This document shows positions 9,475 to 18,112 of a DNA stretch of 64,000 nucleotides, one piece after another. The notes under the pieces were generated by a model. That model made no database searches and was not told the origin of the DNA. It saw only the letters and a program-made list of their open reading frames with translations. The position numbers were made by a program, and so were the translations under genes. How positions within the stretch are numbered: the first letter of the stretch is position 1; each line of letters opens with the position of its first letter. The stretch comes from Bacteriovoracaceae bacterium. Lineage in GTDB: Bacteria > Bdellovibrionota > Bacteriovoracia > Bacteriovoracales > Bacteriovoracaceae. Location of the stretch: positions 736,001 to 800,000 of the forward strand of contig JBLWTJ010000001.1 of NCBI GenBank assembly GCA_048270185.1. The letters run 5' to 3'.

Positions 9475-10682
9475 GCTTAACTTTTAAAGATGCCTATATT
9501 GTTTATGCTAAGAGAACACCAATTGGTAAATTAGGTGGTTCAATGTCTCACCTTCGCGTCGATGACATGATGGCAACTCTTCTGCGCGACTTCTCTCAAA
9601 ACTTTGACTTTGATATGAAAGAAATCGACGATGTGATTGTTGGTTGCGCCAATCAGGCCGGAGAAGATAACAGAAACCTTGCCCGTATGGCGGCCTTATT
9701 AGCAGGTCTTCCATACGAAGTCCCAGGGGTTACACTTAACCGCCTCTGTGCTTCTTCACTAGATGCCATTATCGATGGTTGGTCACGAATCAACTTAGGA
9801 GTCGCCGATTGTCTTTTAATCGGTGGAGCAGAGAGTATGACTCGCGCGCCACTGGTTATTTCAAAAGGCTCAACTCCATTTGGCCGTGACTCACAAATGT
9901 TTGATACGACTTTTGGTTGGCGTTTTCCAAATAAGAAGATGGAAGAAATGTTTCCACTTCTTGGTATGGGACAAACGGCAGAAGAAGTTGTGACTAAACT
10001 TGGTATCTCTCGTGAAGACCAAGATCAATTCGCACTTAACTCTCACCTTAAGTCATGTGCGGCATGGGAGAAGGGAGAATTTAATGACGAGGTTCTACCG
10101 GTTGAAATTAAACTTAGAAAAGAAACCCTAAATATCACACGTGATGAAGGGCCACGTGCTAACTCAAGCCTAGAAGCTCTTAGTGGACTTCGCCCTGTCT
10201 TTAAAAAAGACGGAAGTGTGACAGCAGGTAACTCATCAATGATGAATGATGGAGCCGCTTGCGTTGCTCTTGTTAGTGAAGACTTCTTAAAGCGTCATAA
10301 CCTAACTCCTCTAGTAAAGCTTACAGGAGCTGGTGTGCGCGGAATTCACCCAAGTATTATGGGACTTGGTCCAGTTGAATCGACAAAGAGACTCATGGAG
10401 AAATTTGGTAAGAAGATCACAGATTTTGATGTGGTTGAACTTAACGAGGCCTTCGCTTCTCAGTCCCTTGGTTGTATGCGTGAGCTTGGAATTGATGATT
10501 CAAAAGTAAATCTTAGAGGTGGCGCCATCTCTCTTGGTCACCCTCTTGGTGGTTCAGGAGCAAGAATTGTGACGACTCTGACTCATATTATGAAAGATAA
10601 TGCCAACCTTAAGCAAGGTCTTGCTTCAATGTGTGTTGGTGTTGGTCAAGGTGTCTCACTTTCAGTAGAAAATTGTAAATAG
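9471..10682 (+). CDS. paaJ: Beta-ketoadipyl-CoA thiolase (PaaJ/PcaF-like)
   Basis: GCANQAGEDNRN, NRLCASS, GWRFPN, NEAFA, GHPLG, SMCVGVGQG. Confidence 0.88.
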   Translation: MSLTFKDAYIVYAKRTPIGKLGGSMSHLRVDDMMATLLRDFSQNFDFDMKEIDDVIVGCANQAGEDNRNLARMAALLAGLPYEVPGVTLNRLCASSLDAIIDGWSRINLGVADCLLIGGAESMTRAPLVISKGSTPFGRDSQMFDTTFGWRFPNKKMEEMFPLLGMGQTAEEVVTKLGISREDQDQFALNSHLKSCAAWEKGEFNDEVLPVEIKLRKETLNITRDEGPRANSSLEALSGLRPVFKKDGSVTAGNSSMMNDGAACVALVSEDFLKRHNLTPLVKLTGAGVRGIHPSIMGLGPVESTKRLMEKFGKKITDFDVVELNEAFASQSLGCMRELGIDDSKVNLRGGAISLGHPLGGSGARIVTTLTHIMKDNANLKQGLASMCVGVGQGVSLSVENCK

Positions 10683-10691
10683 GAGAATAAA

Positions 10692-12182
10692 ATGGAAGAA
10701 ATTAAATTATACATAAACGGAGAAATCCGCCCTTCTTCAACTGGTGAAATGGTTGATTCAATCGACCCATCTAATGGGGAGCTAGTTGCCAAGGTTCATA
10801 TTCCAAGTGAAGCGGATCTTGAAGAAGCGGTACAAGCGGCCAAGTCTGCTTTCTATAGTAAAGAGTGGCGTGATTTCACACCGGCCAAACGCTCAGAGAT
10901 CTTACTAAAAATTTCGGAGCTTCTTAAAGAAAGAAAGCGCGACTTCATCACACAAGAAATTAAAGATAGTGGCTCAACTTTTAGAAAAGCAGCTGCTGAT
11001 ATTCACAACTCAATTAGCTTCTTTAAAGTAATGAGTAAGGTAACGGCTAAATTTAATTTTGAAGCCGTTGATGAAGCTGCAACACGTGCAGGCTTTTCAA
11101 AGAATACTCGTCGTTATGAACCAGTTGGTGTTTGTGCTCAAATTATCCCATGGAACCTACCTCTTCAGATGGCAGCATGGAAGATCGGGCCGATTCTTGC
11201 AACGGGTTGTACAACAGTTCTAAAATCTGCTGTAGAAACTCCTGTGACAGCAATGATGCTTGCTCAAGTCTTAATCGATGCTGGAGTACCTAAGGGTGTT
11301 GTTAATATCGTAACAGGTGGAGCAAAAGAAGGGGCCTACCTTGTTAATCACAAGGATATTTCAAAAGTGGCCTTCACTGGATCAACGGCCGTTGGGCGTG
11401 AGATTCAAAAGCAATCTTCTCAAACTCTAAAGAATACAACAATGGAGCTTGGTGGAAAATCTGCCAATATCATCCTAGATGATGCTGATCTTGATATCGC
11501 TGTTGATGGATCACTCTTTGCCTTCCTTTATCACTCAGGTCAAGCTTGTACATCGGGTACTCGCCTACTTGTTCAAGAAGGAATCTATGATGAGTTTATG
11601 ACAAAATTCAAAGAGCGTATTGCTCAGGTTCCACTAGGGCCTACGGCCGAGAAGACAACAGGACTTGGGCCAGTTGTTAGTGAGAAGCAATTTAATACTG
11701 TTATGAATTATATCAATAAAACGAAAGAAGAAGGTGCAACTCTTATCGCAGGTGGTGAAAGAGCGACAGATAATGGACTTGATAAGGGATTCTACGTAAA
11801 GCCTACGGCCTTTGAAATCACGCCTGATAATACAATTTGGCATGAAGAAATCTTCGGCCCGGTTGTTGGGATCACAAAGTTTAAAACTGAAGAAGATGCC
11901 ATTGCCATGGCCAATAATTCAATCTACGGACTAGCAGGAGCTGTTTGGTCAAAGAATGAAGAACGCGCCCTAAATCTTGCTAAAGATATTGAAGCTGGAA
12001 CTGTGTGGATTAACGAATACCACCTACTAAACCCAGGAATGCCTTTTGGTGGTTTCAAGCAATCAGGAATTGGACGTGAAATGGGTGAAGAAGGAATCAA
12101 GGCCTACCTTGAAGTGAAACACCTATGGGAATCAGACTGCAATACTCGTGAAGGGAAAATGTGGTTTGATGCTATTTTCTAA
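10692..12182 (+). CDS. Stand-alone NAD(P)-dependent aldehyde dehydrogenase
   Basis: IPWN, FTGST, MELGGKS, GQAC, EEIFGPV, PFGGFKQSG; no MaoC domain. Confidence 0.92.
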   Translation: MEEIKLYINGEIRPSSTGEMVDSIDPSNGELVAKVHIPSEADLEEAVQAAKSAFYSKEWRDFTPAKRSEILLKISELLKERKRDFITQEIKDSGSTFRKAAADIHNSISFFKVMSKVTAKFNFEAVDEAATRAGFSKNTRRYEPVGVCAQIIPWNLPLQMAAWKIGPILATGCTTVLKSAVETPVTAMMLAQVLIDAGVPKGVVNIVTGGAKEGAYLVNHKDISKVAFTGSTAVGREIQKQSSQTLKNTTMELGGKSANIILDDADLDIAVDGSLFAFLYHSGQACTSGTRLLVQEGIYDEFMTKFKERIAQVPLGPTAEKTTGLGPVVSEKQFNTVMNYINKTKEEGATLIAGGERATDNGLDKGFYVKPTAFEITPDNTIWHEEIFGPVVGITKFKTEEDAIAMANNSIYGLAGAVWSKNEERALNLAKDIEAGTVWINEYHLLNPGMPFGGFKQSGIGREMGEEGIKAYLEVKHLWESDCNTREGKMWFDAIF

Positions 12183-12196
12183 AAACTAAGTAAAAG

Positions 12197-12228
12197 AAAA
12201 GCCTTCGAAAGAAGGCTTTTTTATTTTT
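12197..12228. terminator. Probable bidirectional intrinsic terminator
   Basis: AAAAGCCTTC-GAAA-GAAGGCTTTT with A and T tracts between convergent genes. Confidence 0.85.
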
Positions 12229-13422
12229 CTAGAATTTCTTATAAAGAACATTTAATGCGACATTGCCGTAATCATCGTAGATCGTAAATGTACGGCCCTG
12301 GTTCGTTGTCCCAAATTTAACTTCAACAAATGTATCACTACAATTAATCGCTGAAGTTCCGTAGTAGAACTCATATGTCGGGCGAATGCTTGGAGTGAAT
12401 TTACAGATTTTAATAATTGGGCGGCCGTAGTAATTGAACTCATACTCAAGAGCGTAGAATTCACGGTATTGATAGCTTCCGTCATTAAGTGCTGATAAGC
12501 GAGAAAAGACGTGCGAAATATTGCGACTTGAAGAAAATCTAAAGAGCCCGCTTAACTCTTGGCTGAAGTCTGAAGTCCCAGGCCTAAAAACTGGAGTATC
12601 ACAGTAACTGGTTTCATCATACGAGATATTGTGCATATTAAATTTCTTAAGTGCACATTTAATTGGTGTTGCAAGTGTTAGCGTTGAACCCTTGCGGCCA
12701 CGCATGAAACGACGGAAAGTAATATCCTCTGTAATCTCATCGTGAACAAGCCCTAGAACATCCCCACTAATTGAATCAACCACCACTGCACCATGGGAGA
12801 TATTTCTGATATTACAATTTGTCATAGCAACAACTGATGCATCGTCGTTATTTGTTGGAAATAAGATATTATTACGAGTACGACGACAATTGTAGCGCGT
12901 ATGCTCAAGAGTATAACCCGTGTTATCGTGCTTTTTGGCGACATACCAAAGGCGGTAGTAATTATACTCAGTCATTCTTGCATCAGAGATTGGAGCAAAA
13001 TCTCCATCAATCCCATCTTCTAATTCAACAACTGAGAACTCACCATTATAAGCTTCGGCAGCACGACTATCACTTTCCAATTGCTTGATATTGGCGCACT
13101 TAACAACCTTACCACCTACAGTCTTCGCAGCAATAGTAGAACAAGTAGCCGCTTCAAGACAATTTGACGGCACAACCATCTCAGTCGAGCTGGCCATATA
13201 TCCCGTACAATACTTAGGAAAGTCACCAGCACTATTAATGGCAAGGACAAATGAATTTGTACACTCAGCTTCATCCGCACAATCAAATTTGACATTCGTC
13301 GATGTCTCTAACTTTGATACAATTCTCTTGATTGGACCTGAAGCATTATCTCCTTCAGGGGCACCACAAGAAATCATCAAAGCAGAAAAAAGAATGAGTG
13401 TTGTTATTCTTGCTAAAAGCAA
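12229..13422 (-). CDS. Lipoprotein with a degenerate trypsin-like protease domain
   Basis: Lipobox LMISC; CTGYMASSTEMVVPSNC aligns with the trypsin His motif and NISHGAVVVD...VLGLVH with the Ser motif; TTG start with AGGAG SD. Confidence 0.6.
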   Translation of the reverse strand: MLLARITTLILFSALMISCGAPEGDNASGPIKRIVSKLETSTNVKFDCADEAECTNSFVLAINSAGDFPKYCTGYMASSTEMVVPSNCLEAATCSTIAAKTVGGKVVKCANIKQLESDSRAAEAYNGEFSVVELEDGIDGDFAPISDARMTEYNYYRLWYVAKKHDNTGYTLEHTRYNCRRTRNNILFPTNNDDASVVAMTNCNIRNISHGAVVVDSISGDVLGLVHDEITEDITFRRFMRGRKGSTLTLATPIKCALKKFNMHNISYDETSYCDTPVFRPGTSDFSQELSGLFRFSSSRNISHVFSRLSALNDGSYQYREFYALEYEFNYYGRPIIKICKFTPSIRPTYEFYYGTSAINCSDTFVEVKFGTTNQGRTFTIYDDYGNVALNVLYKKF

Positions 13423-13575
13423 ATTCTCTCTCCTAAACTGACTCTAATAATAAAGAAAGTTCATTTAAGTAGATTTCTACCATATTTAATTCTTGGTAAT
13501 ATCTTATTGTAAAATGTTCAAGAAACCTCGACACACCTTGCCAAAATCGACGATTTTAACCTATTCTTGTTAAAT

Positions 13576-13983
13576 ATGATCGTCGTTAGTGCGTGTTTGG
13601 CCGGAAAAAAGTGTCGTTATGACGGCCAGCACAAAGAAATATCTGATATTACAAGACTTGTCCTTGAAGGCAAGGCCGTCCCCGTATGCCCTGAAGAGCT
13701 AGGTGGACTCCCAACTCCAAGACCTCCTGCTGAAAATGTCGATGGCAAACTCATCACCGTTGAAGGAAATGATGTGACTCTGGCCTATAAGACAGGGGCC
13801 CAAGAAGCTTTAAAGATTGCTAGGGAGTATGGCTGTGATCAGGCCATCCTAAAATCCAAATCACCCATGTGTGGAGCTGGCCTCGTCTACGATGGTAGCT
13901 TTTCAGGCAAGCTTATTGAAGGTGACGGCGAATTTACAAAATTACTTAAGCAGCATGGCGTTCAAGTTATCGCAAAAGATTAA
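13576..13983 (+). CDS. DUF523 / TudS-like (2-thiouracil desulfidase family) protein
   Basis: VSACLAGKKCRYDG, PVCPEELGGLPTPR, LKSKSPMCG. Confidence 0.88.
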   Translation: MIVVSACLAGKKCRYDGQHKEISDITRLVLEGKAVPVCPEELGGLPTPRPPAENVDGKLITVEGNDVTLAYKTGAQEALKIAREYGCDQAILKSKSPMCGAGLVYDGSFSGKLIEGDGEFTKLLKQHGVQVIAKD

Positions 13984-14078
13984 TCCAAAGATTTCACACC
14001 TATTACATATGCGTAACTAAAAATACTGACCTTCATATATGATAAAGGCACAAGCAATGAAAACAAGGAGCCTTTCAT

Positions 14079-14423
14079 ATGAACCCATTAGAGACAAAGA
14101 AATTTCAAGCACGAAACCTGCAAGGTCGTATGAAACACTTAAGCAATCAACTTGAATACCTAAAAACCCACCCTGAAGAATGGCCAACATTTAAAGATAT
14201 AATGAATATGAAATTTGACCACCTCATCAGTGACTCCATTGGACTTGGAAGTATTGAAGCGGCCAATTACCTGGCCCTACTTCAAAATCAACTAAATAAG
14301 GACTTTAATATGGATGTCATTTCCATCGTTAAGGATCAATTTGATGAAGTTCTTGAAGCGCTGGATAGCCTTGGAGTTGAATTACTTATCAATGATTTTG
14401 ATACGCCAGAATTTGCGCATTAA
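14079..14423 (+). CDS. Hypothetical protein
   Basis: 114-aa ORF with AAGGAG SD, followed by a terminator. Confidence 0.7.
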   Translation: MNPLETKKFQARNLQGRMKHLSNQLEYLKTHPEEWPTFKDIMNMKFDHLISDSIGLGSIEAANYLALLQNQLNKDFNMDVISIVKDQFDEVLEALDSLGVELLINDFDTPEFAH

Positions 14424-14447
14424 AACCAATACCCCTAAAAGCAAGAT

Positions 14448-14474
14448 GCCCCGCATTCGCGGGGCTTTCCTTTT
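14448..14474. terminator. Intrinsic terminator between the hypothetical gene and flagellin
   Basis: GCCCCGC-ATTC-GCGGGGC followed by TTTCCTTTT. Confidence 0.75.
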
Positions 14475-14497
14475 GCAGTATTTGTGTGTGGTTATAA

Positions 14498-15331
14498 TTA
14501 ACCAATTAATTTAAGGGCCGCTGCACCTTGAGCATTCGACTGAGCAAGAACTGAAGAACCAGCATTAACAAGAATGTCGTTCTTAGCTTTCTTAGCAGTC
14601 TCAGCAGCGTAGTCAGTGTCTCTGATACGTGAGTTAGCAGAGCTTAAGTTTTCAGAACTGATCTGTAGGTTGTTAATTGTAGAGTTTAGTCTATTTTGCT
14701 TAGCACCTAGTTCAGCTCTTTGACCTGCGATATTTTCAATAGCAGAGTCAAGGTTAGCAAGAGCGTTTTGAGCACCTTCTTTAGAAGCTACTTGAAGATC
14801 TGCTACACCTAATGCCTCAAGACCAGAACTTAGTACGTTTGTATCGAACTGAATTCTATCTTGGAAGTCATCATTATTAATACCGATTTGGATATCAAAC
14901 TTTTCACCAGATCCAGTAAGAAGTTTCTTACCGTTGAACTCAGTAACTTCTGAAATTCTTTGGATCTCTTGCTTAAGGTTTTGATACTCAAGATCAGTAA
15001 ATCCACGTTCAGTATCACCTACTGTGTCTGAAGCTGATTGGATTGATAGTTCTCTTAGTCTTACTAAGATGTTTGATACTTCGTTCAGACCACCTTCTGC
15101 AATCTGAATCATTGAAATACCGTCATTAGCGTTTCTTTCTGCTTGGTTTGTCGATCTAATTTGAGACTTTAACTTCTCAGAAATTGCTAAACCTGCAGCA
15201 TCGTCTGCTGAACGTACAATTCTTGTACCAGATGAAAGCTTTTCTAAAGATTTAGTTTGTGCTTGATTACTTAGACCTAACGACCTTTGTGCTGAAAGTG
15301 ACGTTACATTTGTGTTAATACGCATACCCAT
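14498..15331 (-). CDS. fliC: Flagellin (short, D0/D1 only)
   Basis: MRINTN, LSSGTRI...DDAAGLAISE, RAELGAKQNRL, SRIRDTDYA. Confidence 0.97.
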   Translation of the reverse strand: MGMRINTNVTSLSAQRSLGLSNQAQTKSLEKLSSGTRIVRSADDAAGLAISEKLKSQIRSTNQAERNANDGISMIQIAEGGLNEVSNILVRLRELSIQSASDTVGDTERGFTDLEYQNLKQEIQRISEVTEFNGKKLLTGSGEKFDIQIGINNDDFQDRIQFDTNVLSSGLEALGVADLQVASKEGAQNALANLDSAIENIAGQRAELGAKQNRLNSTINNLQISSENLSSANSRIRDTDYAAETAKKAKNDILVNAGSSVLAQSNAQGAAALKLIG

Positions 15332-15456
15332 TGTGATACCTCCGTGATCTATTTCCCCCCCGTACTCAGGGTTGTCCCGACCATTGGAACAATGAGCATA
15401 CTGCTCTTGTGAATTTTATTAAAAAATTAATTAAGTCTTCTGACCTAACATAAACC

Positions 15457-15483
15457 TTCTCGGAGGCCAAAAATAAAGCTTGA
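15457..15483 (-). promoter_or_regulatory. sigma28 (FliA) promoter of flagellin
   Basis: TCAA-N15-TCCGAGAA versus consensus TAAA-N15-GCCGATAA. Confidence 0.7.
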
Positions 15484-15527
15484 GGATTTTTTTAAATTAT
15501 TTTTTTATTTTTTTCATTATTTGTTCA

Positions 15528-15554
15528 TAAATAAAATTAGTAAGTAACCGATAA
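15528..15554 (+). promoter_or_regulatory. sigma28 promoter, probably leaderless
   Basis: TAAA-N15-ACCGATAA ending 7 nt before ATG 15562; no SD. Confidence 0.7.
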
Positions 15555-15561
15555 TTGAAGC

Positions 15562-18108
15562 ATGGAAGATGGTAAACCGCTCATATTTCTAGAGCCCCTC
15601 ACTGATAGCGTTAAGAAGCTTAAAGAAGCCCTTGAAGCAACGGCCGAACAGGACGGAATAGAGATCTATGAAGTCGAAAATCCAGAGGAATACAATCAAC
15701 TAATCCCTACAATTGGCCAATCACTAACTATTGCATGCTCTCCTAAAAAGACAGCACAATGTATTCAACCATTAAGAAAATTCATTTTAAAGAATAACGT
15801 CAAAGTACTTCTTATTAATAATAAGAATATTCCACCTAAGACTTTAGAGAAGTTCAGAAAGATAGGACTTACTGAATATATACAGGAACCAGTTCCTCCT
15901 AAAACCCTACTCTATAAAGTTAGTCTTATTCTACGCTCCTTGAAAAAAGCTGAAGAAGAGCATGATATGGAGTTTAAAACAGGTGAAGAGCGACAGGTCA
16001 TCGAAAATGATTATGAAGACAAGAAAGAGAGTTCTCGCTTTGCTAACGGTGGAAAACTTGAAGGTAAAGTTCATAAGCAAGAACATATAAAAGATAATAA
16101 AGATGTCTTTGACGATAATATGCTCTTTAATGATGGTGGCGAAGCGACTCAAGAAGATCCACATAAGAATACCAAAGAGTACAATGCACGCCAAAAACAA
16201 GATTCCTCCACAAGTGGAAGGTTAACTGGCCAAATTTCCAATCAGAAGAAGTATGGTGATGAAAATGATGACTTTGATGATGACGAAGATCTATTTGGTT
16301 CACTTGATAATATAAAGAAGTCTCAAAATAAAGCAGACAAGCTTGGAGGTCACCTTCAAGGTAGTGTTTCTAAAGCGCAAGAACAAGAAGACAATGATGA
16401 CTTTGATGCAGATGATCTCTTTAAGAGTCTCGATCAGAATACTAAGTCATCTTACAAAGAGGAAGACAAAGGTGGAAACCTTAGAGGTGATCTTGCTTCA
16501 ATAGAAAAAGAAGAGTCTTCTAAAGAAGAAGATGTTGATGACCTCTTTGCTAGCCTCGATAAGAACTCTAAGTCATCATATAAAGAAGAAGACAAGGGTG
16601 GAAAACTAAAGGGTAATGTTGAGACAACAAAACGCGAAGAGCTCGAAGAAGATGACTTTGATGAAGACCTCTTTGCTAGTCTTGATAACGTTAAAAAGTC
16701 TTCATATAAAGATGCACCTCAAGCAGGGGTTCTAAAAGGTGATGTCTCTCCTACTATTGATGCTGTGGAAGATGAAAAAGATAAGGACGAAGACCTATTT
16801 GCAAGCCTTGATGATATTAAGAAATCGTCTTTTCAAGATAAACAGTCAGCTCCTTTAAAGGGAGATGTGACAGCAAATGATGAAACATCTCCTACTCAAA
16901 AAGATCGAGAAGCACAAGAAGACCTCCTTGCTGGACTCGATGCCGTAAAAAAGAATAAGGCCCCAACAGGTATTGATGATATTGACCCCGAGCTCTTAGA
17001 AGATATGGACTTTCTTCAAGAAGAGTCTCAAAAATCAAATCTTTCAGGTGATCATAGTAACGAATTAATTGATAATGAAAAGGGCCTAGAAAGGAAAGGG
17101 AATGAAAAGACGGATGCAAAATCTCGCTCCGATCAAGACCTATTCGATTCCCTGGCCAAGCACGCTTCCGAAGAAGCTCCTCGCCCGGCCAATGAAGAAC
17201 TCTCTCTAAGAAGACCTGAGGATGAAGCGGACACACCTGATGAAAATCGTGGTACGTCCGATACAATCACATATGAGAAGAAAGGTGACCTTGGAGAGCA
17301 GACAATTGACTATCGAAATCTCGATAAACAACCAGTCTATGAAGGTGGAACTAAAGAAAAGCTTGAAATAAAAATCACTGATGGACAAGCTGCTCAAGTA
17401 AAGAAAGAGCAAGAAGGCTTCGAACATCAAGAATCATCATTCGAAGATGATGATCTCTTTGATTTCGATTTTGATGACGACGACGATGAATACGATGCAG
17501 AGGAAGAAGCACGAGCTCAAGCTGAAGCGCAAAGAGAAGCAGAAGAAGAGGCCCGCGAAGAACAAGAACTTGAAGAGGCCCTCAATTCTATAATTATCCC
17601 AGATCCAAAAGATATGGACTTCTTTATTGAAGCTACAAATAAAGTTATTCTTGGTGATAGCATCAAACAAATGACAAGTGATTATATCAATAGCTTCTGT
17701 AGTGGAACACTCGTTGTTTATAACCTTGAAAATGAATGTATTCTAGGCAATGAGATTGTTGATGAGCGTTTCGAGGCAATTAAAAATGTTTTAAAGATAA
17801 AGCGCAAACCAAGTTGGAACGATACAAGCTTTCGAAGTGAACTTCTATACTACCACTGCCCTATTATTGAAAACGGTCGATATCATAACTTCATCATCTT
17901 TATGACAACACCTCAAGATATCAATCGCGACAAAGCTATACCAGCACGTATTGAGCTATGTATGACGGCCCTAAAGGGAAGCTATCTAAATGGGGATGAT
18001 CGAAGCACCACAAAAATTGAAACGAAAAAATCGGCCATTAATAATGTGAAAGATTCGGTTTCAGGCCTATTTAAAGGCTTCTTTGGAAAGAAAGAAAAAA
18101 AGGCATAG
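15562..18108 (+). CDS. Pseudo-receiver domain protein with a long acidic 42-aa repeat region
   Basis: N-terminal REC-like fold (KVLLIN...GLTEYIQEPVPPKTLLYKV) lacking the phospho-Asp and the KP Lys; D/E-rich middle; globular C-terminus. Confidence 0.7.
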   Translation: MEDGKPLIFLEPLTDSVKKLKEALEATAEQDGIEIYEVENPEEYNQLIPTIGQSLTIACSPKKTAQCIQPLRKFILKNNVKVLLINNKNIPPKTLEKFRKIGLTEYIQEPVPPKTLLYKVSLILRSLKKAEEEHDMEFKTGEERQVIENDYEDKKESSRFANGGKLEGKVHKQEHIKDNKDVFDDNMLFNDGGEATQEDPHKNTKEYNARQKQDSSTSGRLTGQISNQKKYGDENDDFDDDEDLFGSLDNIKKSQNKADKLGGHLQGSVSKAQEQEDNDDFDADDLFKSLDQNTKSSYKEEDKGGNLRGDLASIEKEESSKEEDVDDLFASLDKNSKSSYKEEDKGGKLKGNVETTKREELEEDDFDEDLFASLDNVKKSSYKDAPQAGVLKGDVSPTIDAVEDEKDKDEDLFASLDDIKKSSFQDKQSAPLKGDVTANDETSPTQKDREAQEDLLAGLDAVKKNKAPTGIDDIDPELLEDMDFLQEESQKSNLSGDHSNELIDNEKGLERKGNEKTDAKSRSDQDLFDSLAKHASEEAPRPANEELSLRRPEDEADTPDENRGTSDTITYEKKGDLGEQTIDYRNLDKQPVYEGGTKEKLEIKITDGQAAQVKKEQEGFEHQESSFEDDDLFDFDFDDDDDEYDAEEEARAQAEAQREAEEEAREEQELEEALNSIIIPDPKDMDFFIEATNKVILGDSIKQMTSDYINSFCSGTLVVYNLENECILGNEIVDERFEAIKNVLKIKRKPSWNDTSFRSELLYYHCPIIENGRYHNFIIFMTTPQDINRDKAIPARIELCMTALKGSYLNGDDRSTTKIETKKSAINNVKDSVSGLFKGFFGKKEKKA
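16285..16950 (+). repeat. Six degenerate in-frame ~126-bp (42-aa) repeats
   Basis: [ED]DLF[AGK]SLD units start at 16285, 16411, 16537, 16663, 16789 and 16918. Confidence 0.85.
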
Positions 18109-18112
18109 AAGA

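Noticed and set aside
14046..14061. AGGCAC-N5-ATGAA as a sigma54 promoter
   Set aside because: Lacks the conserved -12 GC
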